Assembly (NCBI RefSeq): GCF_009914755.1
Contig: NC_060942.1
Source of the DNA: the human T2T-CHM13v2.0 reference genome, Homo sapiens
Length of the DNA stretch: 64,000 nt
Direction: 5' to 3' (one strand)
Part shown: positions 1 through 12,559 of the stretch, piece by piece
Numbering within the stretch: position 1 is the stretch's first letter
Layout of the letters: each line of letters begins with the position of its first letter
The notes under the pieces: generated by a model
Seen by the model: only the letters and a program-made list of their open reading frames with translations
Told to the model about the DNA's origin: nothing
The model's database searches: none
Position numbers and translations under genes: made by a program

Positions 1-954
1 GTTCACTGCAATATTTGAATTACCTATGATTTTTCTGGTGTGTGGTTTCTCTCTTGTTTCTCAGTTATTATTGAAACAGGAAATAGTCCCCTTTTCTTAG
101 TCTTCTTTATTGTTGTGACTACTAAGAGAATTAAGTGCCAGACCAACAGGTGAAATACTGTAGAATTTGCACATGATGTTATCTTCCTTTAGAGAGTTTT
201 CCTTTTTTTGTTTGACTTCTTTCTTAAAAACTTTTTAAATTAATAAATCAATTAATATATATTTTTAAAATCCTTCCTATTTTTCTCAATTGTTTGACTT
301 CTTTTGCCAGAGAGATACAGTGTTGTCTGATCACTTTAATGCAATCAGATGGAGGTCAGTGATTTTGGTAAGGCTTGGTTCTATTTCCTCCTGGCCACAG
401 ACATCCTCTTGCAAGACATTCAACTCAGAGCTTGTGAGTTCATCAGGAACCTGATCTTAGAATTTTTGTTCTAATATTTGTCTCATCATCTCAGGAGACT
501 GCTTTGAATTGTACTTTTCATAGATATGTTGCTTAGTATTTCCGTCTTCTGCCATGCTTGGTTTCAGAATTCAGCAAATACTTTGCAACGAAAAATGATT
601 CTACCTCTGAGACAAGTCAAATTTCAATTCTTTGTCTCTCCAAACTTTCAAGATCACACAAAGCAGCACTGGTTCCACTGCCCCTTGGTCACAGCAGTCT
701 GTTTTTGCAAAACTCAAGTGGCGAATCTCTTGCCCTGTGCCAAGATACATCATTTTCCCTAGGGAAAAAGTCACTTCATCTCACATCTCTGGGTTGCTTT
801 CCTCTTCAGAAAACCACTATCTTGATTTTCTCTCTTTCACAAGCTTCAATTTTAATAGTCTTTTTTTTTTTCTTAATGTTCTTGTTAGAGTGTTGGTCTG
901 CCACCATTCAGTGCACCATACGTAGTTATGAGTCCTGCTTTGCCAAATATTGAT

Positions 955-956
<2 letters not shown>

Positions 957-990
<34 letters not shown>
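957..990. repeat. (GT)17 microsatellite
   Basis: Uninterrupted GT dinucleotide run read directly. Confidence 0.97.
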
Positions 991-993
<3 letters not shown>

Positions 994-3305
994 ACTAGGG
1001 CTGGATACTGGCATAGTAATTTCTAATACATTTCATTTTGATCTCGGTGCGTCGTTCAGTGTGGGATGGAGCAGGTGCAGCTTGTTGTTTGCCAGAGCTC
1101 CAAAATTGAAGTAAAACATGAAGCCCTTTATAAAACAAAAAGAAAAATTACATCTGCTTATTCCAATGATCGTATGAGAATGTTGGCCCAGGAACATTTA
1201 AAAGTGTGGGGTCAGGGCATTAGACAGTTTTGCTCAAAGACACAGCTCTGAAGGTAAGTAAATTGCAGAGTATCAAATGCTGCATTTTATAGTCCCTTTG
1301 AGAGGTTGTTATCCTGTAGTCATGATTGCATTGTAGTTGTTGCTGACTCGCTAGTTTTGAGTCTTTTAATTTATACAATGCTGGACAAATTCTTATATCT
1401 AAAAAGCTGTGTGCTGAAACAAAAATGGGTTGCCTCTATTTTGTTTTTATGAAATTATATCAACATTGTAGAAATGTGGAGTTGAAAGATATAATGCAGG
1501 TCATGAGCTGTATACCCTTTTGCGATGAAACTCAGGCAGATAATATGAATTTACCAAATATCATATGCCATTTAGTGGTAATCAGTGCTACAACCAAGTT
1601 TTCTGATTCCTGGTCCAATATCTTCGCTTTATTTAATCAAGATTCCCTCCAAATAGTATTGCTATATGCATCCTCACTATTGTTAATCTACATGTGCCTA
1701 TTTTTTCCCTTTTGGTTTAAATAGTAACCCTGATAGTTTAATAGTATTCAGTATTCAGTCTGCCTCCTTCATGTTGCTTCCTGTTCACTCACTCTTTTTT
1801 AAAAAAAATGTTGTTTAAAAGTGGCTTAAAAAGCTGAGAACTTAATGATTAAGATAGGTGATGGGAATTGCTATAAAATACTATTTCAAGAAGAAAATTT
1901 TATCTTTTCATAGGCTTTATGGGTAAATGTGGAGGGAAAAATGCGGTACCAAAAAACTGAAACTGTAGATCTGTTTATAATCCCTGCTCTAAGAGGTAGC
2001 AGCCAGTTATGCATAGGTGGTACTTAAATAGATCCTCCTTAGTCTATTCCTTCTCCAAGCCTTGAATCATAGGCACACACATTTACAATATATCTGTTGA
2101 GATTCTCATCAGTTACAATGTATTAAAGGTGCCACTATTTCATGAGAAAATAAAATAAAGCTAAGTATAAGATTTCCATGAAAGTAATATAACACTGCAT
2201 TTGACAAAATTCCTTTTTGTGAGCTTACAAATTGCCACAATATCATACTCCAAATCTGCATGACAAAACTGTCTTATGGATTAAGGCAAACTACTTTTGT
2301 TATATAAATGATATCTTACTACCTTGTGCTGCATTTTATTGTGTCACGTTATTTACAATAAGACTCATGAAGAAAGAAAACTGAAATCAGAAAAACAAAA
2401 TGACAAAACCTGAATCATCAGCCAGATGAATGAAGTTAGGGTGGGCTATTAGAATGAAGTTAGGGTGGGCTTAAAAAAAATCAAGCTGAAAAAAGTGTCA
2501 TTTTAGTGAATCTTGAACTCTGCTGTGGTTCTATGCTTTTCCACAGTAAACCACTCACTCTAAAGTTAATGACTTCTGAAATACTGATGAATAAATATGG
2601 GAATGAGAAACATTTTTTTCAAATTTTATGTATAGATAGGTAGATAGAGATTGTACAAAATGCATTAAAGACACTTACAAATATCAAGTCATCTCTTTCT
2701 TTGGTGTTACAATAGGATATATTTTATTACATTACCTTCATAAGAAACAGATGGAGTTCCATAATGTAAAAGCTGGGATTACAATGATAAATATTTTTTT
2801 CTGTTGATATTCTTTGGTTTTTTTTTCATAATTCTACAAATACATTAATCATCTATCACTTTAGGTAAATAACATTCTTGTAGCCCTGTTAAATCTTCAT
2901 GATTTCTATTTTCCATTGCAATCTGTTTTGGATTATTTTTGTTAATGTTTGCTTATGCTTAATTGCTGAACCACATATGTATAAGGCTAAGAGTAATAAT
3001 ATCCAAACTATCTCTCTAAAAAACACAACATATTGTGCTCAAATGATATATATCATAGATTTTCCTATTATGAGAACAGGATTTTTAACTTCATAATATC
3101 ATAAAAGTTATGTAAAATATACTTTTTTCAATATTTTTCACCAGATTACTTCTTATATCATATGGTGGTTTTTATTATCAATAAATAAATTAATAATATC
3201 TGATGGACTTTATTGTTACATAAATGTTATGCTTACGCTAGATTCTGGTAGGCTGAATCCGTCATGCAAAGTAGAGTGAGTCATAACTACACAAATGCTT
3301 GCACG

Positions 3306-3325
3306 CACACACACACACACACACA
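3306..3325. repeat. (CA)n microsatellite
   Basis: About 10 CA units read directly. Confidence 0.9.
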
Positions 3326-3376
3326 ACCCCTAGTATAATGCAAAAAGTATGTTCTCTGGATTCAGACAAAGTCTTA

Positions 3377-3439
3377 ATAACCATTTTAACAATTTCCATA
3401 ACCACTTTAACAGTTTCCACAACCATTTTAACACTTTCC
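3377..3439. repeat. 21-bp minisatellite, 3 copies
   Basis: ATAACCATTTTAACAATTTCC / ATAACCACTTTAACAGTTTCC / ACAACCATTTTAACACTTTCC. Confidence 0.9.
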
Positions 3440-3754
3440 TTTACCATAGACTCCAATGATTGCTGTTTTCCCTTCTACTTGGTATTATGCTTCTAATTGC
3501 CACTGAGGTCTGGATAATCTAGTAGCGGGGCTATGTAAATATAAAGGGATTATATATTTTTTACAGAATACCAAGCACATTAATAACTTCACCTAAAGTC
3601 TCATAATAGAATACATTGATATTAACTTAAGCATAAGATAATTAATTATCTGTAAATCTGGTCTGAGTTAGAGATGCAGCTAACATTCCTGAGTCACTAT
3701 TTCCAACCAGCACAATACTAAGGTCATTGCGTTGATAATTACAGCAACTCTTTC

Positions 3755-3900
3755 TGTAACAGGTAAGTGTTATTACTTCTACTTTAAAGATAGAAACTGA
3801 AGAATGTTAAGAAATTTACCAAATTCACACTTTCAAAAAAGTGGTTGAAACACTTACTAACACTTTGAATCCAAAGCACATGTTCTTCCCATAACACTAT
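3755..3900 (-). mobile_element. MIR SINE fragment
   Basis: Degenerate MIR core (tttaaagatagaaactgaag...gttaagaaatttaccaaattcacac). Confidence 0.55.
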
Positions 3901-4294
3901 GCTGATCAATATTTGAACAATGATCCAAATCTTCACAGGAAGATAATTCTAGGCTACAGCACTTTACATTCTTTAAACTGTTCACATGCTGTAGATAGAT
4001 ACTCTTGCTTTTTGTAAGAGAGAGAAAAAAAAGCTCATATTTACTGAACACCAACATGTTTGATAGGTAATTACCTATGATGTCTAAACTACCTATAATG
4101 TCTAAATTATCTATGATATACCTATAATATGCATAGAAAGAGGTGTTATACTAAAAGTAAATGTTGAATTTATGAATACTCATGCTTCATATAATTGGCA
4201 GTAATGATTTTATTTGCATGTCTTCACTTAACACTTATTTATTTAATTCTTGACCTGGACCTAGTGAAGAGGGTTAAAAAGAGTAAGAAAATAT

Positions 4295-5070
4295 CCTTAA
4301 GGAATCACCATACTGTCTTCCACAATGGTTGAACTAATTTACATTCTTGCCAACAGTGTAAAAGTGTTCCTATTTCTTCATAGCCTTGCCAGCATCTATT
4401 GTTTCTTGACTTTTTAATAATCGCCATTCTGACTGACGTGAGATGGTGTGGTTTTGATTTACATTTCTCTACTGATCAGTGATTTTGAGCTTTTTTTTCC
4501 ATACGTTTTTTGGCCACGTAAATGTCTTCCATCTAGAACCAGAAATACCATTTGACCCTCAAATCCCATTACTGAGTATATACCCAAAGGAATATAAATT
4601 ATTCTACTATAAAGATGCATGCACATGTATGTTTATTGCAGCACTATTTACAATAGTAAAGTCATGGAACCAACACAAATGCCCATCAAGGATAGACCAC
4701 ACAAAGAAAATGTGTTACATATACACCATAGAATATTATGCAGACATAAAAAGGAATGAGATAATGGCCTTTGCAGGGACATGGATGAAGCTGGAAGCCA
4801 TCATCTTCAGCAAACTAAAGCAGGACCAGAAAATCAAACACTGCATGTTCTTACTCATAAGTGGGAGTTGAACAATGAGAACACCTGGACGCAGGGAAGG
4901 GAACATCACACACCAGGGCCTGTTGGGGGATGAGAGGTGAGGGAAGGGAACTTAGAGGTTGGGTCAATAGGTGCAGCAAACCACCATGGCACACGTGTAC
5001 CAACGTAACAAACCTGTACGTTCTGCACATGTATCCCGGAACTTAAAGTAAAAAAAAAAAAAAAAAAAAA
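4295..5070 (+). mobile_element. 5'-truncated, 5'-inverted L1PA (older primate subfamily); 4295-4530 antisense, 4531-5070 sense with poly-A
   Basis: ORF2 C-terminal remnant (EIPFDPQIPLLSIYPKEYK), L1PA 3'UTR and poly-A tail. TSD AGTAAGAAAATAT at 4282-4294 and 5070-5082; TT/AAAA endonuclease site at 4274. Confidence 0.95.
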
Positions 5071-5383
5071 GTAAGAAAATATGCTTGATCCTAAGCAGCT
5101 ATAGTTTGGTAGGGAAATATATTTATAAACAAATAATCACTACAAAATGGTCCCTTTTCTCTTTCTTATGATTTAAATTTTTTTCTTCTCATATGCTCTT
5201 CATAATTAAGAAAAATTGATGAAATTTTAAGAGAATAAATTATTTTCAACTCTCATACAACCTGAGCAGTCTATCTACATAAGAGTCATGGAGAAAATGA
5301 CCTTTTTATTCATGTATATTATTTGATGTATTGCTTTTCTCAAAAAAGTCTGCTGTCAATTGAATCCTTGCAATGTTGTCCAG

Positions 5384-5384
<1 letters not shown>

Positions 5385-5415
<31 letters not shown>

Positions 5416-5450
5416 ATTTATTTATTTATTTGTTTGTTTATTTATTTTTA
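5385..5450. repeat. (ATTTT)/(ATTT) low-complexity tract
   Basis: Read directly. Confidence 0.8.
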
Positions 5451-5877
5451 ACTTAGGAGGTACTCTGAAAACAAATTCTAGTATCGTTTGGTTGGTTTTT
5501 TAATAAAAGAAAAATCTATCAATTTGGGTATGGCCCCTTTTGCCAACGCCATGCTTCACGTAGGGGGCCTGACATGCAGAAAACTCTCCAAGCTATTGAT
5601 TGGATAAAGAGCCAGAGCTGACTGAATTCCATTCTTCTTGAGCCTCTCATTCTGTGTTTCTCGAATTTTTACCAAAGCATCTTGACACACAAATATCTGA
5701 CTCAAGGAAAAGGAAAAACAACTGCTTTTTCTCCAGCTGCTTTTATATAAATTGGCTCTTAAACTTTCTAAGTTTATTATGGATATGAAATATCGATCAA
5801 ACAAAGCAGCAACATTGAATGATGTCACATGGTCGTTTGTGTCTGTCACCCATGTATGTCTCTAGTTCCTGAGTTGA

Positions 5878-6193
<316 letters not shown>

Positions 6194-6733
6194 GTATTTT
6201 ACTTCTAGGTTCGTTGGTTGTGGATAGATTTATCTGAGCCTTTGTTGGCATCTACCAGAAAGCAGATGGTTGCAAGATTTATCCTAACAAGTGCCCACCT
6301 CCTTGGCTGTACCACCCAGGATGTTATGATGGTTGAGGTAAGCTTTATACAGCATAAAAGAAGAGGAAAAGATTTTTAAACAAGAGATTTTGAGGTTACC
6401 AAAACTCGATTTAGATTAAGAAGCAATAAGTTGTCAACGTTCCAGAGAAAAGCTAATTTAAGTATTTTCCAGAAGGTAGAAAAAGGAATAAAGTAAAAAA
6501 TTAAAGACAGTTTTTATGTCTTCTTTGGAGACTAACCTACATTTTCTAACAACTCTAGCAAATGCAATCTTTAAAGACGCTCTTTAGACAATCTCCTGAA
6601 AACCTACCTATAACAACCTGGATGAATTTCTATAGAAAATGAAAACAGAATGTGATCAAATATTAAATTTATTGTCAATTGTATTGGAACGATGAGCAAA
6701 ATAGCAATTAATTGATTGCATGATGGTGTAGAG

Positions 6734-7112
6734 CAGCGGTCCCCAAACTTTTTTGCACCAGGAACCGGTTTCGTAGAAGACAGTTTTTCCATGGACGGGC
6801 TGGTGCTGGGGGATAGTTTTGAGATCAAACAGTTCCATCTCAAATCAATTATCAGGTATTAGATTATCACAAGGAGCAAACAACTAGATCCCTCACATGA
6901 GCAGTTCACAATAGGGTTCACACGCCTATAACAATCTATTGCCACCGCTGATCTGACAGGAGGTGGAGCTCAGGCGGTAATGCAAGTGATGGGGAGCGAC
7001 TGTAAATACAGATAAAACTTCACTTACTAGATGCTCACCTCCCGCCGTGTGGCCCAGTTCCTAACAGGCCACAGATCAGTACTGGTCCTCAGCTTGGGGC
7101 TGGGGACCCCTG
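6734..7112. mobile_element. MER1-family hAT-Charlie non-autonomous DNA transposon
   Basis: TIRs CAGCGGTCCCCA...TGGGGACCCCTG; 8-bp TSD GTGTAGAG/ATGTAGAG; MER1-type internal sequence. Confidence 0.9.
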
Positions 7113-7386
7113 ATGTAGAGCATTTCTCCATATTTTTTTCTTTACAAGAGCTTAACTTAAAACAAACAAACAAAAATCCTCAAACACTTGGCACAGAAAA
7201 ATTTCTTTCTTCTTCTAGGATACTTTCTGCTCATTTCATCTGCTTGGTTTGGTTGATTGATATTTCTCATCATGGAATAAAGCTGATATCATAAAGGAAC
7301 AAATAATTATGAAGTTTACATGAAATCAACAAATATTTATTTAGCATTAACTACATATGGAGAACTAGATATAGAAAGCATCAATT

Positions 7387-7756
<370 letters not shown>

Positions 7757-10153
7757 CTACGTTTTTATGCTCTTTTTACTGAGGCAAGAAAAATGAAAAT
7801 CAGGAGGCTATTTTTAAATTAAATAATTTGGCACCTTGTCCCAGCAGTCATGATTAAAGGTGGCTCCCCAGACATTTAGATGTTACATGATAAGTAATTT
7901 AGTGTAAAACTTAATTAATTCTTTATTTTAGCCTGGGCGTTAATATTTTCCCAGGAAATAATTCCACATGGTCATTCCAAATCGGGAATATTTCCTTCTC
8001 CAACAACATAAACAAAACTTTTAGCACCAGTTTACTACTTTATAATACAGATTCTCTGAATTAATCTATACATTTGAGTTTTAGGTGAATTTTAATTTCA
8101 CCCTTTAAGCTTTTGTTTCCACTAAAAAAATGTTTATATTAGATCAATCTGTAGCTCAGGGAAGGCGGCTTATGGCAGTAGCACCAGAAGTACCACGCAC
8201 TAAGGGGAAGTGATTTACCATACCCATGAATGCATTTCCTAGCATACTGTGTGCGGGTTGACTTTTATTGGGTAATTATGTTGAATCTTCTCCTAAACCT
8301 TTTGTTCCCTGGGCAGCACCATCTTTTGCATAAAACATCATCAGTATGCCTTTCTCATACATCATCCCTGTGACAGCTTCAATGGTGTACTGAAGCAACA
8401 GCTCATCAGAGCAGCAGTGCACTGTGATGATTTATTATAGTAACATATCGTCAGAGGGAGGCAGCAGAATAATATATGGCCAGAAGCATTCAGGAGTGTT
8501 ATGCAGGAGCATATTTAGTTGTGCAAGAGGATTCAAGGAAACCTGAAAACCTCACATTAGCAGATCCGTGTCCCTAATATGTGGAGATGTTTGTGGGTGA
8601 AGGCTTTTCATTCACTCTACAGGTAACTGGACACCTGACTGCAGTTTTTTGCCCAAATACTGTGAGTAAGTTTTTTATAGAACCTCTACAAATTCAGTTC
8701 AAATTTTGTTTGTATAAGAAAATTTGCAGTTATCAAAAATGGCATTAAATGGCAGACACTGTTTTCTATTAGAGACATTCTGGATATTGTCCTATCCTAT
8801 TTTCTAGAAGGATATGTAGTTTTCTAAAAAATTACTCACTCTAGGCAACCACTTTTTTGTGTTAAATAGGTTTATTCGAAAACCTAGTTAATAAGAGGAG
8901 AAAGTTTCACTCTGCAAATTAATGCAAGGCAAAAACAGCCTACATACGAAAATTGAATATTTGTAAAATTCACATGTTAGGGAAAGGATTCACCATTTTA
9001 ACCTGGTTGACAATGAGAGCAACAATGTGGTATAATTTGCAGGGAAAAGGGTTGATGGAATTCTTAGTTCTTCAAGGGTGTCTGACAAAAACTGAGATAT
9101 TGAACAAGTCTTTAAGCTTCCATAAAATCCATTTTTTTATTTTTATGGGAGAATTGATTTTTGAAATTATAAAAATAATTTTAAGATCTTTATTGGGAAT
9201 GTTAATTTCATTCTGTAGATGATTAAATTTGCTTCATGTTTCTAGTCATTTTTTCTGCAGGATGTCTGCTAGCCTCAGTCACACCTGACATAATTAGTGG
9301 AACATTAAGATTGGTTCAGTTTTGGAAGCACGACATCACCTCTTTTTGTGACTTCTGCTTTGGGAAGGACGGAGAGTGTTTTTGCCCTGATTCTGGTGTG
9401 TATGTATATCCTGTTTCTTGAAGGTGCTGCTCAGTTAGAAATATCTCCTGGCAAACCTCCAAACACAGCATTTGTCAAGATCTTACCAATCCTCAGTCCC
9501 AATTGGATGAAAAATATTTCCTAAGTGAATTATTTCTTCTCCATTCAACGGGAAGCTGTTATCACCAACTTTATTGGAGAGTAAAGAAGAGGCTTTAAAG
9601 AGACGAAATCATACATTTTTCTGCCAGCTTGTATTTTTGATATCCTCAATATGTAGTACCCTACTTTATGAGTTTGGATACAACATTTCCCCAATTCCTT
9701 CCCACCCAGGCTGTGATCCTATCAAATCTTTGGAGGGCAACTTCAATAGCACATATCCTTATGAAATATATCATTGCAATGTATCTCTTTACTAGAATGT
9801 CTTCCCCCATGAGGCCTTGAGCTTTGTGAGGATATGAATTATGTTTTATCCATCTTTGTATTTTCAAGGGTAACACACAACAAGTGCCAAATCAATATAA
9901 GTTGAAATAATTTTTTTGTTACCTATGGTGGCTTAAATATATAAATTACTATTCACCTGAATGAGTTTCTATTTATATAGATTTTATATTTCCTTTGATT
10001 TCATATATTTTATTGACAATACATTAAGTGGGTTTAGTTTAAAAACATTTATTTAAAACCATTTGTCAGGGCTGCTGTTATCACTCAGATAAGAGAAGTG
10101 TACAGTTAGATAAGGATAGACCAGCAATACATATTGTGTTGCCAGAATAACAG

Positions 10154-10472
10154 CCTCCTCCTCCTCCTCCTCCTTCTTCTTCTCTTTCTTCTTTTCTTTT
10201 TTTAAGTCATGGTCTCATTTTGTCACCCAGGCTGGAGTGCAGTGGTGCGATCATGGCTCACTGCAAATTCAAGCCATCCTCCTACCTCAGCCTCTCAAGT
10301 AGCCAGGACTACTGATGCATGCCACCGTGCCCAGCTACTTTTTAAATTATGTTTTGTAGAAACAGGGTTTCACTATGTTGTCCAGCTGGTGTCGAACTCC
10401 TAGCCTCAAATGATCCTCCCTCCTTGGCCTCCCAAAGTGCTGAGATTACAGATGTGAGCCACCACACTTGGC
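10154..10472 (-). mobile_element. AluJ-like with internal deletion and (CCT)/(CTT) tail
   Basis: Diverged Alu with J-type 'gatcatggctcactgca' and 'cactatgttg'. Confidence 0.88.
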
Positions 10473-10537
10473 AGAAATTTCTGAGAGAGTAAGAAAGATG
10501 TTATGCTTTGCACTTTGAGGATTTGGGGATTTGAGAT

Positions 10538-11035
10538 TCTTGAGAGATAGTTTTCCTTGAGTCTCTTATGTTTCTGCTCTCCTTGTAGCATCTTTTGTTC
10601 TGGGTTGCCTTTCTAAGGATATAGGCATACCAAACATAAATAGATACAACGACTCCCTCTGGGGCAGAGGGCAGATTTGTTTGTTGTCTAAGGAAATAAA
10701 GGCACTGATTCCTTCTGGGACAAAGATTGGGCAGGTTCACCTGCAGTCTCCTTAAAAGACTGGAGTTTCCTAAGGTCATGGTTTTTAAGCTGTGACAAAT
10801 ATCCACTGTGTGTACAGCTTCTACCTAGGTCACTTCACATTACCTGATGAGATCTGGGAGGAGCGGAGGAACTGAAGCAACATGAAGCTCATGCTGCCTA
10901 CTGTGCCTGTGTGATGAAGTCCTTCGTCTCTGGCTCGGGAGTCTCATGTGTTCTGCCAGCATCCACGAAACTCTGACAGGAAGGCTTGTTAGCTTCTAAG
11001 TAATGTAAAAATTTAAACTCTTCACAGTTCCATCA
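10538..11035 (+). mobile_element. LTR40-like ERVL solo LTR
   Basis: Matches recalled LTR40 3' end (ggagtctcatgtgttctgccagcatccacgaaact...cttcacagttc). Confidence 0.75.
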
Positions 11036-11489
11036 GACCTGTGTGTGGGGGCAGACACGCCCAATTAGATATGATCAAGAGGAAGGTACTGAAGGTCTGG
11101 TGCTCAGGGGACCAGTCGATCTAAAGACACAATTTTGTTAATTGTCATTATATAGGTGAATAAAATCGTGGGATTAGAGAATTTCAACCAAGAAGAGCAT
11201 GCATTTTAATGGACAGTGAGTCAAGAATGGAAGTGAAGTCCTTTTCTTCTTTAGGTTATTGGTTAGAACTGGATTGTCAAAGTCCTGTGGCCTTAGCTGT
11301 GGGTGGGAAAGAGATGTGGGATCTGAAAATTAGAAACCATTTCTTTGGGGCTAAAATCAAAGCAATCGATTTTAAATTAATCATACTATTCATTTTAAAG
11401 CATTTTTATATAAAAATTTTGACAGGACTTTGGTAGAAGAAAAAATATGACAAGGACTTTGGTAGAAGATAGAAAATAAGAACCATCCA

Positions 11490-11840
11490 AAATGAAAACA
11501 ACATTGATATATGCAATTAGCAAGATGTATCTGAGAAGCATGATGTGAAGTGATAGAAAACAGACACAAAAGACCACTTACTGTATCATCTTACTTATAT
11601 GAAATCCTGCAACAGGAAAAATTATAGTGATAGAAAGTTGATCAGTGTTATGAAGACTATGGAAAAGGGAGGATGCTGCCTGCAAAAAGGTGTAGTCAAA
11701 TTCTTTTGGGTAATGGGAATGTTCTTGATTGTGGTGGTTACACTACACATATTTGTTCAAATTAATCAAGTTGTGCACCTAAAATGTGGGAATTCAATTT
11801 TATGTAAATTATACCTCAATGAAACTAATTTAAAAATTAA
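11490..11840 (+). mobile_element. Old L1M (L1MB/ME-type) 3' end
   Basis: Typical 3'UTR motifs (cagacacaaaagaccac...tgtaaattatacctcaat) and A-rich end. Confidence 0.75.
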
Positions 11841-12559
11841 AATAAGTAACATTTTAGGGCTATATACACTTTATTCTTTTTAATGTCATGAAAATATCAA
11901 ATTATGATTTTAATAGACTATGCTATGTAACACAACTTTCATATCGTGTTATTAAAATATTTTTCTTGTTGATCTTCTATTACCCATTGTTGATGCTTTT
12001 CTTTCATACAACTATTGAATTTATGGTCTTGGCATTATTTAAAGGAACTCATCTCATTTCCTTTGTGTCTCTGCTTTGAACTGACACTACTCCAGGGTTT
12101 GTACTGCTTGCTAATATGTCCTCTGAGTTATAAGTCTTTCCATGGCCTTGGAATATGTCACCTTAACAAACTGCTCAATTTTTACATGCTCATTGAGCTC
12201 TGAGATCTTAAGATGACAGGACCTTGATTATGTCTCAAAAGAGAAATAAAGTGGCCACTAGCCCTAAATACCAAAGGAATTTCCATGTCAATATTTGAGT
12301 CAGGCTATTTTAGAAATACACACCTAGTTGAAAGAGACTTACATCGTTTATTTTATGATCAGAAAATTTGAGTTCTAGTGCTGGCTATAAAATTAACATT
12401 TTCCTTGGCTATGACATTTAACAACTCTGCTTTTGTTTATCCTTAGACTGAATATAATTGTATCTATCACCTCAAACTGTGATCAAGAAGTAAGGAAACA
12501 TATTTGGGAGAGCAATAATTTTTGAACAAATTTTTTTATTCAAAAATTTCTTATCTGGT

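Noticed and set aside
4479-4871. 130-aa ORF
   Set aside because: L1 ORF2 C-terminal remnant fused to inverted L1 sequence, not a host gene.
5556-5849. 97-aa minus-strand ORF in unique DNA
   Set aside because: Non-ATG start, no recognisable domain and no clear splice context.
8424-8546. Possible C/D box snoRNA (GTGATGA ... CTGA)
   Set aside because: No terminal stem and no recognisable rRNA or snRNA guide.
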